From IMG/VR virus record IMGVR_UViG_3300025031_000230: a stretch of DNA of 36,054 nucleotides; one strand, 5' to 3'. The translations under genes and the position numbers were made by a program. The notes beneath the pieces were generated by a model. It was not told the origin of the DNA. It did no database searches and was given only the letters and a program-made list of their open reading frames with translations. Source of the DNA: a virus. Shown piece by piece: positions 8,745 through 17,170 of this stretch (the stretch's first letter is position 1; each line of letters begins with the position of its first letter).

Positions 8745-9095
8745 TTACATTTTCTTTTTTCTTTGATGGATAATATTATTGTCTATAAGGTTAAATTCTT
8801 GAGCAGATTGTGGTTTAACTACCGTAGGTTGAATATAATCCATTATGTTTTTATACCAATGATTTCTATTCTTTCCTAAAGCTGAAGAAACTTCATTCCA
8901 TTTCAACTCACCTACAAACAACCTATTGCTCTGTTTGGGTTGTTTGTGATAAGGGAATTTAATTTCTTCTTGATACATCTTCTTAAAACTTACATTATTT
9001 TCAGTTTTAAATTCTTTGCCAAATATTGATTGTCTTGCTAACCAAAGGCTCGCCACAATATCAACAGGTAATTTATTCAATAATCCATATTAAAA
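8745..9095 (-). pseudogene. C-terminal fragment of the TnpB-like gene
   Basis: YGLLNKLPVDIVASLWLARQ resembles the RuvC-III region; 8797-8908 is about 98% identical to the tail of the deleted element at 153-264; no TIR nearby. Confidence 0.75.
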
Positions 9096-9308
9096 TTTTT
9101 TTTAGCCATTTCAGAGTAATTAACCTCATAATGTTCTTGTGGTTGTTTAATAACGGAATCTTTAGCTAATATTTGATAGTAATTAAATTTTTTTAATGGT
9201 AAAAATTGTCGTAATTAGATTTTATATTGAAATTTTTTTCTTCTATACTTTTACTTTGTTATAATATAATAGGATAATTGAACTACAAATTATTACTATA
9301 TCTAAAAA

Positions 9309-9779
9309 TTAAGGTTTATATTTTTTTAGTTGTTGATTAATTTTTTCAATATCTTGAATAGAGTTTTCTTTTAATAAAAGATATTCTATCCTTCCCTTTT
9401 CCCAATTACATGGTCCACACATAGTTCGTGAATTAGCTAGGTTGTCTTCGCCACCTAATGCTCTAGAAATAATATGATCATGAGTAAAAATTACTTCTTC
9501 TTTGTTTTCATTATATCCGTAAAGATTAATGTGAAAGCCATCTTTACTACCTTTTGCTCGTTCAACAGCAAAAAATTCAGCAACAATATTACAGCATGGA
9601 CAAGTTGTTCCTGTTTTTAAAAATGTTTTTAATCTAAGGCTTTGAGTGTTAAAGGTAAATCCTTTAACCTCTACTTTAGTTTTACCAGGTTGGCCTAGAT
9701 TTTTTTCAATATGTGGAATTACATCAGATAAAGATAATATTCCTATTCTTTCATATGATTGTTGTTTCATTTTTTTCAT
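9309..9779 (-). CDS. HNH endonuclease with CxxC pairs
   Basis: CPCC...THDHIISRALGGEDNLANSRTMCGPCN. Confidence 0.85.
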   Translation of the reverse strand: MKKMKQQSYERIGILSLSDVIPHIEKNLGQPGKTKVEVKGFTFNTQSLRLKTFLKTGTTCPCCNIVAEFFAVERAKGSKDGFHINLYGYNENKEEVIFTHDHIISRALGGEDNLANSRTMCGPCNWEKGRIEYLLLKENSIQDIEKINQQLKKYKP

Positions 9780-9842
9780 TTATTTAAATGTTTTTAACTA
9801 TTAATAATATTTTAGATTGAGATCAATGAAGAATGCGAATAA

Positions 9843-10178
9843 TTATGTATCGAAACAATTCAATATGTTTTTTTCATCAACAATTTCAAAGATTGAATTT
9901 GGGATTTCTTTAAATTTTTTAACAAATCTAGTATAAACTGAATGTGTATATGATGACATTCCATATGTTGCTTTATTACAAAAATAAATAGAACCAGATT
10001 CATTCAAAAATTCATATCCTGTTTCAGTTTGGGTTGTTTTTATTACTCCAGAACTAATGGTCCAAGAGTCTGAACCTGCAAACCCACCAAACCAAGAGGC
10101 TAGAACTTTGATAATTGTGCCATATTCAGGAGTATATATTTTAACAAGAACCCATTTGTCTGGATAATTTTGACTCAT
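9843..10178 (-). CDS. Conserved phage-type hypothetical protein (PD.WV...KVLA.W.GG...SDSW..SSG)
   Basis: Start moved to ATG 10178, which overlaps the upstream stop (ATGA). Confidence 0.75.
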   Translation of the reverse strand: MSQNYPDKWVLVKIYTPEYGTIIKVLASWFGGFAGSDSWTISSGVIKTTQTETGYEFLNESGSIYFCNKATYGMSSYTHSVYTRFVKKFKEIPNSIFEIVDEKNILNCFDT

Positions 10179-10327
10179 TTGTAACCATCCTTTATCCATC
10201 CAAGTAAGAATTCTTGTGATACATTATAGGTTACAACTCCAAATTCAGGATGTTCAAATGGTCTTGTAATTTTACATGGGTTGTTAGCATCGTTCAGTTT
10301 AACATCATGTGTAAGAAGTGTTTTCAT
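10175..10327 (-). CDS. 50-aa hypothetical protein (below the ORF-track cutoff)
   Basis: MKTLLTHDVKLNDANNPCKITRPFEHPEFGVVTYNVSQEFLLGWIKDGYK; ATGA overlap with the next gene. Confidence 0.6.
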   Translation of the reverse strand: MKTLLTHDVKLNDANNPCKITRPFEHPEFGVVTYNVSQEFLLGWIKDGYK

Positions 10328-10463
10328 ATTAATCCATAAAGTTTTAGATGAGAAATTATATCACAATTAACTGTTAAATAAAATAAAATATAGTGTTTAA
10401 AAATCTATTTGATTGTTTTAATTGAGTATTGTATACTTTATATATGAAATAACTAGGAGTATT

Positions 10464-11036
10464 ATGGTTATAGTACAAGAACATACAAGCGAAAAATATA
10501 GTCCAAGAACATACTTCAATGCGAAATCTGGAGATGTAACATTAGCTCTTGCCGTCAATTTAGAAACTGCTGGAGAAAAGTTAACACATAAGGCGGCAGG
10601 AGACAAATATATTGGTTTCTTATTAACAGATGATACAGAAACAATAACGGTTGCTCGTGAACTATACAAATTCATGAAGGCAAAAAATGCAAAAACATTA
10701 AATATAGCTGGAAATGGAATTTATACATTAAGTAGCCATAATTGTAGCCAAGAACATATTAATAATTTTGTATGTGATGTAATTGAAAAGGTGCATCAAT
10801 ATTGGCCAATAGAAAAAATTTATACAGGTGGTCAAACAGGAGTAGATTTATCTGGTGCAGTAGTAGCTAAATATTTAGGTATCGATGCATTAATCACTTT
10901 GCCTAAGGGATATATTCAGCGCTTTGAAAATAAAATAGATATTACACAATCAAAAGAAGATGTAGAAAATCAAATTGAAAAATGGGTTAATTTATTGAAG
11001 AACCAAGATAAAAAAATAAATAAAGTAAAAATTTAA
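10464..11036 (+). CDS. SLOG-superfamily protein, circularly permuted YpsA/MoCo-carrier-like, with K-I tail
   Basis: TGGQTGVD and LNIAGN motifs, with LNIAG before GGQTG; AGGAG RBS before ATG 10464. Confidence 0.7.
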   Translation: MVIVQEHTSEKYSPRTYFNAKSGDVTLALAVNLETAGEKLTHKAAGDKYIGFLLTDDTETITVARELYKFMKAKNAKTLNIAGNGIYTLSSHNCSQEHINNFVCDVIEKVHQYWPIEKIYTGGQTGVDLSGAVVAKYLGIDALITLPKGYIQRFENKIDITQSKEDVENQIEKWVNLLKNQDKKINKVKI

Positions 11037-11043
11037 GGGAAAT

Positions 11044-12120
11044 ATGATTAAAATTGAAATAAGTCATTTAAATAACATAATTAAAAAATTAGGAAAAAAC
11101 TTTAATAAATTTGATTTTTTAAATTGGTATGAAAAGATTAATCAAAAATTTCAATTTGCAAATAAAAATAGAGAAAATATTGATTTAAGTAAATATTTTA
11201 TTGGAGACAAGTTAAATAATGTTGTTCCATTAATTATAGAAAATAAAGAGGAACTTTATCAGTTATTAACTTACCAGCATGGTGATTATCTTGAGCCGCT
11301 TAAAGATATTCTTAGAGATGATTTTAATATTGATTATTGGAAAGAGATATTTGAAATACTTTTTAATAGGGAAATTATTAATAAATCATTTCTGATGACA
11401 TCATTATTATCTCATTCAATAAATGATTTTGATTTTACAGAAATAAATATTGAGAAATTAAAAAAATTAATTGATAAAGAAATTGATGATATAAATACAA
11501 ATAAAGTAACAGGTTTTGTTCAAATCATTCAATATTTGTCCTTTAGTATTGAACAAAGGGATTTATTTGAAAACAAATGGATTGTAAAAAGTTTAAATGA
11601 GGTTTTTAAATTTAAAGAAAATGGGGATTCAAAACAATTTAAATACCAGATTGATCAAATAAGTAAAAGATTTATAAATTTAGATTTTTCTGTATTAAAT
11701 ACAAATATAGAATTAAAAAAATTAATAAAGGGTAAAATACCATTACGAGTAGTAAATGAAAACAAATGTTTTTTTTGGGAAATAGATATACAAAGATATG
11801 TATTGGCAAATAAGGTTGTTGACCAAATTTTGCACACAAATTGTATTGATGGAATTGATGTAATCGGAAGATTTTTGTCATCAAAGCATGATATTTTTTC
11901 ATACTTTATAAAAAGAGAAAAGAAAGTAATTTCTTTATCTGTAATTCACGAGAATAATGATTTAAATTCTGAGTTAATGAGATTGTTAAATGAAATATTA
12001 AATAAAACAAAATTAAATGAAGTATTAAATCCAAATGAGTTTGAAAAATCACTATTAAATATGGATTTAAATAAAAATTTAAGTAATGGTGGAGAAAAGG
12101 TTAAAAGAACTAAAATATGA
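11044..12120 (+). CDS. Hypothetical protein with K-I tail
   Basis: Long ORF; ends FEKSLLNMDLNKNLSNGGEKVKRTKI. Confidence 0.8.
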   Translation: MIKIEISHLNNIIKKLGKNFNKFDFLNWYEKINQKFQFANKNRENIDLSKYFIGDKLNNVVPLIIENKEELYQLLTYQHGDYLEPLKDILRDDFNIDYWKEIFEILFNREIINKSFLMTSLLSHSINDFDFTEINIEKLKKLIDKEIDDINTNKVTGFVQIIQYLSFSIEQRDLFENKWIVKSLNEVFKFKENGDSKQFKYQIDQISKRFINLDFSVLNTNIELKKLIKGKIPLRVVNENKCFFWEIDIQRYVLANKVVDQILHTNCIDGIDVIGRFLSSKHDIFSYFIKREKKVISLSVIHENNDLNSELMRLLNEILNKTKLNEVLNPNEFEKSLLNMDLNKNLSNGGEKVKRTKI

Positions 12121-13250
12121 GCATACATAATACATTAAGATTAGCTAGAACATTACGAAGAGAGAGGGATGTAAAGATTGTTTATGAAAACAAAGTTGCT
12201 TCCTGGACAAATATTTTTAAAAAACATCCATTAAAATCAATCAAAAATGAAACTATTTTTCATAAAATGGAACATTCAAAAGAATATTTTGGAGATAGTG
12301 GTGTTGAAAAAGAAAAGATTTTAATATTACGTTCTAGTTATACATTGGGTCTGTTAATGGAAATTGCAGAAAATTCATTATCTGATTGCAAAACATTTTA
12401 TGATATTTGTCAGAAAACATTTTTAAATCAAAAGGGCATATTAAATGACGATATAAATAGTTGGTTTAAGAATTCATTATCTACATTATATTTAGCACAT
12501 AAAGATGCCCCACAAGAATTGAATTACTTGTCTGAATTAACACAAGAAAAAAAAGAAAAGGTTTTATTTTTGGCATTTCAATATTATGGAATTAAAGCAT
12601 TTAATAACTATAAAGAATCTAAAGAAAATTTTAATATAGAAAATTTTAATGACAAATTAATTTTATGGTATTGGAATGCTAATGGAAAAGAAAAAAACTT
12701 ATTAACTGAAGTAATTGATTATTTAATAGATAAAAAACTTTTGAAGTTAGATTTAAATTATATTGCAGATAATTTACAGCCAAATAGTTTATTAAAAGAG
12801 CAATCATTTAAAATAAATAAAGACTATATTCCTTTTAATGAAATTCTTGTTTTGCCAGAGAGATATAATATAAATATTAAACAATTTTTATTTGAAAATA
12901 AAAATCAACAAGAAAGAATAAAATTAACTGATATATTTAATCTTTTGTGTATTCAAAAGGTATTAAGTGAAGTCGTTAAAAAAGGTGACTTAACAGAGGA
13001 TATGAAGAATGAATTAAATTATAAATTTATTAATGGTAAAATATACCATCATATAAATGAAATTTTTTTAGATTTTAAAGTTGAAAAAATAACAAGAGAA
13101 TCATTTTGTAATTTTTTAGATAAAAAGCTAGCTAAAAGTGATGATAATAAAATAAATTATTGGAATTTTGTTAGTAAAGTTTTAGAAAAAAATATATTAC
13201 AAGAGGATTTAGATATAAATAATCTTGTAAAAAGAAAAGTGAAGATTTAA
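12117..13250 (+). CDS. Hypothetical protein with K-I tail
   Basis: ATGA overlap; ends VLEKNILQEDLDINNLVKRKVKI. Confidence 0.8.
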   Translation: MSIHNTLRLARTLRRERDVKIVYENKVASWTNIFKKHPLKSIKNETIFHKMEHSKEYFGDSGVEKEKILILRSSYTLGLLMEIAENSLSDCKTFYDICQKTFLNQKGILNDDINSWFKNSLSTLYLAHKDAPQELNYLSELTQEKKEKVLFLAFQYYGIKAFNNYKESKENFNIENFNDKLILWYWNANGKEKNLLTEVIDYLIDKKLLKLDLNYIADNLQPNSLLKEQSFKINKDYIPFNEILVLPERYNINIKQFLFENKNQQERIKLTDIFNLLCIQKVLSEVVKKGDLTEDMKNELNYKFINGKIYHHINEIFLDFKVEKITRESFCNFLDKKLAKSDDNKINYWNFVSKVLEKNILQEDLDINNLVKRKVKI

Positions 13251-13301
13251 TATTGTAGTTTAATAATTAAATGTTAAAATAAGGTATATTTAGGATTTAA
13301 A

Positions 13302-14426
13302 ATGTTTAAAGAAATTAAAAAAATAATTAATGCTTTATTTGATAATATAAGGTTAAAGCAAGCCCAAGATAAAAGAGTTAATAATATACCTCTTTCAAAA
13401 GAAGACCCTTCATTGTTAGAAAATGTAAAGGAATTTATTCCATATTTTGTTGAGTATTCGCCTATTAATAATAACCAAATGAAAGAGCTAGAATATAGCA
13501 AGCAAGGTCGTCCATTAAGTATAGATGCATATAAAGATATATTTTACAAGTTTATATCCGCAGATAATTTTTTAAATAAAGATAAAATACAAATATTAAA
13601 TAATATTTGGGAAGATGCTAAGAGAGTTAATGATATGTTGAAACCGTTAAGTGATATTGGGATAAAGTATACTTTAGATTTAACTGGTGGTTCAGTGCGA
13701 GATTTCGTTTTAAACAAACATCATGAAATTAAAGATTTAGATTTTATGTTAAGCATTAATGAATATGTGGGAATTAAAGATTTAGAATCTTTTGGTGTTT
13801 TTACAAAAAAAGAATTAGTAAATATTGATTGGAATTTAGAAGATTCAATAGATATTCAAAAATTAAAGTTAATTCAATTATGTTTTAATAAATCAAATAT
13901 AAAAAGAATAACATTTGACCATACAAATAAGGATGTCCTATACATTAAGGATAGATTGTTGGCAGTAATTAAGCTAGATTCTACTAAGATGACATATCCT
14001 ATAGAAGTTTTAGTAACAAATTTTACAAAACTTGAGTTTATTGGTGATTTTGATTTTGATTTATGTAAGGCATCCTTTTGTTTTGTGAATAGTTATGTTA
14101 ATAAAATATTCCCCAAACAACCAGGTCATCTTCTTTCTAGGTTTGTGGCAGATGTTGATTTTTGGGCTGATGTAAGAAATAAAAAGATAACCTATAATAT
14201 TCAAGATAAAAGAGAAGACCAAATAATAAGTTCATTCAAAGACCACTTGCCACGAATTCAACAAAAATATAATAATTTAGAATATAGTTTGTTTTTCATT
14301 GGAAATGAGAACAGTCAAAAAGAAAATAAGAAAATGATTGAGGTTATTTTAGAAAAAGGGGATTTATCTGATAATTTACCAATTGATACAATCACAAAAA
14401 CAAAAGTAAAAAAAAATAAAATTTAA
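13302..14426 (+). CDS. CCA-adding/poly(A)-polymerase-type nucleotidyltransferase head domain protein with K-I tail
   Basis: LTGGSVRDFVL...IKDLDF (GGxVRD, DxD); ends ILEKGDLSDNL...KVKKNKI. Confidence 0.75.
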   Translation: MFKEIKKIINALFDNIRLKQAQDKRVNNIPLSKEDPSLLENVKEFIPYFVEYSPINNNQMKELEYSKQGRPLSIDAYKDIFYKFISADNFLNKDKIQILNNIWEDAKRVNDMLKPLSDIGIKYTLDLTGGSVRDFVLNKHHEIKDLDFMLSINEYVGIKDLESFGVFTKKELVNIDWNLEDSIDIQKLKLIQLCFNKSNIKRITFDHTNKDVLYIKDRLLAVIKLDSTKMTYPIEVLVTNFTKLEFIGDFDFDLCKASFCFVNSYVNKIFPKQPGHLLSRFVADVDFWADVRNKKITYNIQDKREDQIISSFKDHLPRIQQKYNNLEYSLFFIGNENSQKENKKMIEVILEKGDLSDNLPIDTITKTKVKKNKI

Positions 14427-14454
14427 TAAATTAAAATAAAAGCCTATTTTAATG

Positions 14455-14640
14455 CAAGCCCATCTAAAAACTTGTTAAAAAAGTAATTAAAACCATACTA
14501 CGTCCTTGAAATTCAAGGACTTTTTCATTTCTGTACTAAAAACTTTTTTGTGGTAAAAATTGAATTTATATAACTTGTTGATTTATAACGATTTAATAGA
14601 AAACCCCACACAAAAATCAACAAGATTTCGGAGGGGCTTG
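14455..14640. mobile_element. 186-bp MITE with imperfect TIRs and 9-bp target-site duplication
   Basis: Ends CAAGCCCATCTAAAAACTTGTT / AACAAGATTTCGGAGGGGCTTG (18/22); ATTTTAATG at 14446-14454 and 14641-14649; internal GTCCTTGAA-A-TTCAAGGAC palindrome at 14502-14520. Confidence 0.85.
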
Positions 14641-14670
14641 ATTTTAATGCCAGGTCTTATATCTGTGTAA

Positions 14671-14868
14671 TCAATTAATTTCGTCAACAACCCCGGCAAT
14701 AGAATCTTCATCGATAATTTTAGATAAACGTTCATGAAGTTCATCATTAGATAGTTTAAATAAACTATTTTTAGAATCAACATGTGCCATTAAATCTACA
14801 TCACTAGTTCCTGTTTTAACTTGATGAAGAATTGATACAGCTTGTTTTTTTGTGAAAATTTGTTTCAT
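14671..14868 (-). CDS. Small hypothetical protein
   Basis: ATG start; no overlap with credible genes. Confidence 0.55.
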   Translation of the reverse strand: MKQIFTKKQAVSILHQVKTGTSDVDLMAHVDSKNSLFKLSNDELHERLSKIIDEDSIAGVVDEIN

Positions 14869-14993
14869 ATTATTTCAAATTGTTGATATATGTCTATTAT
14901 ATCAACAATTGAATCAAATTCTACCGTTTATCAAAAAAAATTTGTTTTTAATTTTTATTGTGAAAAAATGAAGAAAAAAATAAAAACAATAAA

Positions 14994-15575
14994 ATGGTTA
15001 GAAAAATAATTACAAGTATTATGTTACTTATTTGGTGCCAATTGGCATTAGCTTTAGATGAGAATTCTATTAATACTGTAAATGTTAATGATTTTTGGAA
15101 CAATTATATTTCATATGTTGATGAGCCAATTGATTCCATTACGGGTAAAAAAGTAGATGTTTGGCAAACACCAAAAGAAACGATAGGTCTTAAAACAGGT
15201 GATTGTGAAGATTATGCAATTATTAAATATTTTGATTTGATAAATTCAGGAGTGGATAGCAAAAAACTATATTTAGCTTGGGTAATAATAAATGAAGATT
15301 TAATTATTAAAAATAATTTTAAATCACATATAGTTTTAGTTTATGAAAATGATAATAAAAGTTGGGTTTTAGATAATTATAGTAAAGAAATTATAGAATT
15401 GAAAAATCGTACAGATTTCTTAAGAATTGTTGCTAAATTAACTAACCATGGTAATAAAATTTATTTTAAATGTGGTGATAAAATAATTAAAAAATGGGAA
15501 TTGTTATTAGCTAATTATAATAGTAACATGTTAGATGTTGAAAATTTAAAAAAGATGTACAGAATACAAAAATAA
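14994..15575 (+). CDS. Transglutaminase-like cysteine proteinase (BTLCP/LapG family), exported
   Basis: Signal peptide; DVWQTP.ET...TGDCEDYAIIKY, H.VL, VLDN giving a Cys-His-Asp triad. Confidence 0.88.
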   Translation: MVRKIITSIMLLIWCQLALALDENSINTVNVNDFWNNYISYVDEPIDSITGKKVDVWQTPKETIGLKTGDCEDYAIIKYFDLINSGVDSKKLYLAWVIINEDLIIKNNFKSHIVLVYENDNKSWVLDNYSKEIIELKNRTDFLRIVAKLTNHGNKIYFKCGDKIIKKWELLLANYNSNMLDVENLKKMYRIQK

Positions 15576-15616
15576 TGTTATAATTGCTTCATGTTAAATA
15601 AAATGAGGTGATAATT

Positions 15617-16636
15617 ATGAGATCTTTAGCTAGTATTCGTGTAGCAGGAGAAAATTTTCCTATTGTTGGTGCTGATTTAATTACCGCAACACGTGTTGAT
15701 GGTTGGGTTTGTGTAACCCAAAAGGGCGAATTTAATGTTGGTGATTTAGGTGTCTATTTTGAAATTGATTCTTTTCTTCCAGGAACAGATAAACGGTTTT
15801 CATTTCTTGAAAAGACATTTATAAATTGGTTGGGAAATGTGGGGGCAAGATTGCGCACAATAAAGTTACGTGGGCAAGTATCTCAAGGCTTGTTTTTACC
15901 AATGCGTTTATTTCCAGAATTAGATGGTAAGGTCGTCGGTGATGATGTAACTGAAATTTTAAATATTCAAAAATGGGAAGCCCCAGTACCTACACAGTTA
16001 GCTGGAGAGGTTACAGGGAAAATGAGATCAGTAATTCCAATTACAGATGAAGAACGAATCCAAAATCTTATTGATAAGATTAAAACACATATTGCTGGTC
16101 AAACTTTTGAAAAAACTATAAAGTTAGATGGAACATCAATGACTGTATTTTGTCATGAAGGACAACTAGGTGTTGCTGGTAGAAATTGGGAGCTTCGTGA
16201 AAGTGAAGCAAATACTCTATGGAGGGTTGCAAGGAAGAATAAACTAATTGAAGCTGTTGGATCTTTGGGTAAAAATATTGCTATTCGTGGTGAGTTGATT
16301 GGTGAAGGAATTCAAGAAAATAATGAAAAGCTAGTTGGAAATGATTTTTATTTATTCAATATTTGGGACATTGATAAACAAGAATATCTTTCTCCAGAAG
16401 ATAGAGAGATTGTTGTTGCTGAATTAGTAAATCTGGGAGCAAAAATCAATCAAGTTCCAACTGAAGGCTTTATTGTATTTGATGAAAATGTTACTGTAGA
16501 TGATATTTTATCTTTAGCCGATGGGAAATCTTTATTTTCACCAAACCGTGAAGGTATTGTGTTTAAAAGAAAAGATGGAAAATTTTCATTTAAAGCGATT
16601 TCTAATTGGTATCTACTTAAGCACGCCAACCGTTAA
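15617..16636 (+). CDS. ATP-dependent RNA ligase, DRB0094/Rnl2-like family
   Basis: KLDGTS (motif I), GELIG, FNIWD, EGIVFK, FKAIS; N-terminal LASI...GAD...YFEIDSFLP; GAGGTG RBS. Confidence 0.92.
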   Translation: MRSLASIRVAGENFPIVGADLITATRVDGWVCVTQKGEFNVGDLGVYFEIDSFLPGTDKRFSFLEKTFINWLGNVGARLRTIKLRGQVSQGLFLPMRLFPELDGKVVGDDVTEILNIQKWEAPVPTQLAGEVTGKMRSVIPITDEERIQNLIDKIKTHIAGQTFEKTIKLDGTSMTVFCHEGQLGVAGRNWELRESEANTLWRVARKNKLIEAVGSLGKNIAIRGELIGEGIQENNEKLVGNDFYLFNIWDIDKQEYLSPEDREIVVAELVNLGAKINQVPTEGFIVFDENVTVDDILSLADGKSLFSPNREGIVFKRKDGKFSFKAISNWYLLKHANR

Positions 16637-16661
16637 TTAGCTTTAAATTATAAAAAAGAAA

Positions 16662-16691
16662 AAACCCAATGTCATAACTGGCATTGGGTTT
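16662..16691. terminator. Bidirectional intrinsic terminator
   Basis: AAACCCAATGTCA-taac-TGGCATTGGGTTT between convergent genes. Confidence 0.8.
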
Positions 16692-16709
16692 AAAATAAAA
16701 AAGTATTGA

Positions 16710-16985
16710 TTACTTGTTTACAGCTTCTTTCAAAGCCTTACCAGCAGAAAATTTAGGAGCTTTCTTTGCAGGGATTTTAATGGTTTTACCAGTTAATGGG
16801 TTACGACCATCACGTGCTTCTCTTTGCGCAACTGAGAATGTTCCGAAACCAACAAGGGTAACTGACTCACCAGATGCTAAAGCACCTGAAACAGATGCTA
16901 ATACAGCTTCTACAGCCTCAGAAGCCTTGACCTTGGTTACGTCAGCGGCTTGAGCTACGGCTTCAACTAATTGAGTTTTGTTCAT
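16710..16985 (-). CDS. hup: Histone-like DNA-binding protein HU
   Basis: MNKTQLV...VTLVGFGTF...[15 protein letters not shown]...[13 protein letters not shown]; AGGAG RBS. Confidence 0.97.
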   Translation of the reverse strand: MNKTQLVEAVAQAADVTKVKASEAVEAVLASVSGALASGESVTLVGFGTFSVAQREARDGRNPLTGKTIKIPAKKAPKFSAGKALKEAVNK

Positions 16986-17170
16986 AATTTTTCTCCTAAA
17001 TTTAATTGTTAAAATCCATTCGGTATTAAATGGAAAGAGTTTGAATACTCTTACTTATATATTTATAAAATTTTTTTCTTTATGTCAAGTAAAGAATGCT
17101 TTAAAGACCATTTTTAGGGACTTTATGGATTTTTTTTGAATTATTTATTATTTATTGATAAATATTTTGT

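Noticed and set aside
13359-13365. CAAGCCC as another element end (also 26451-26457)
   Set aside because: Only 7 bp match, inside intact ORFs, with no continuation of the TIR.
14583-14783. 66-aa minus-strand ORF
   Set aside because: Crosses the MITE end and overlaps 14671-14868 in another frame; shadow ORF.
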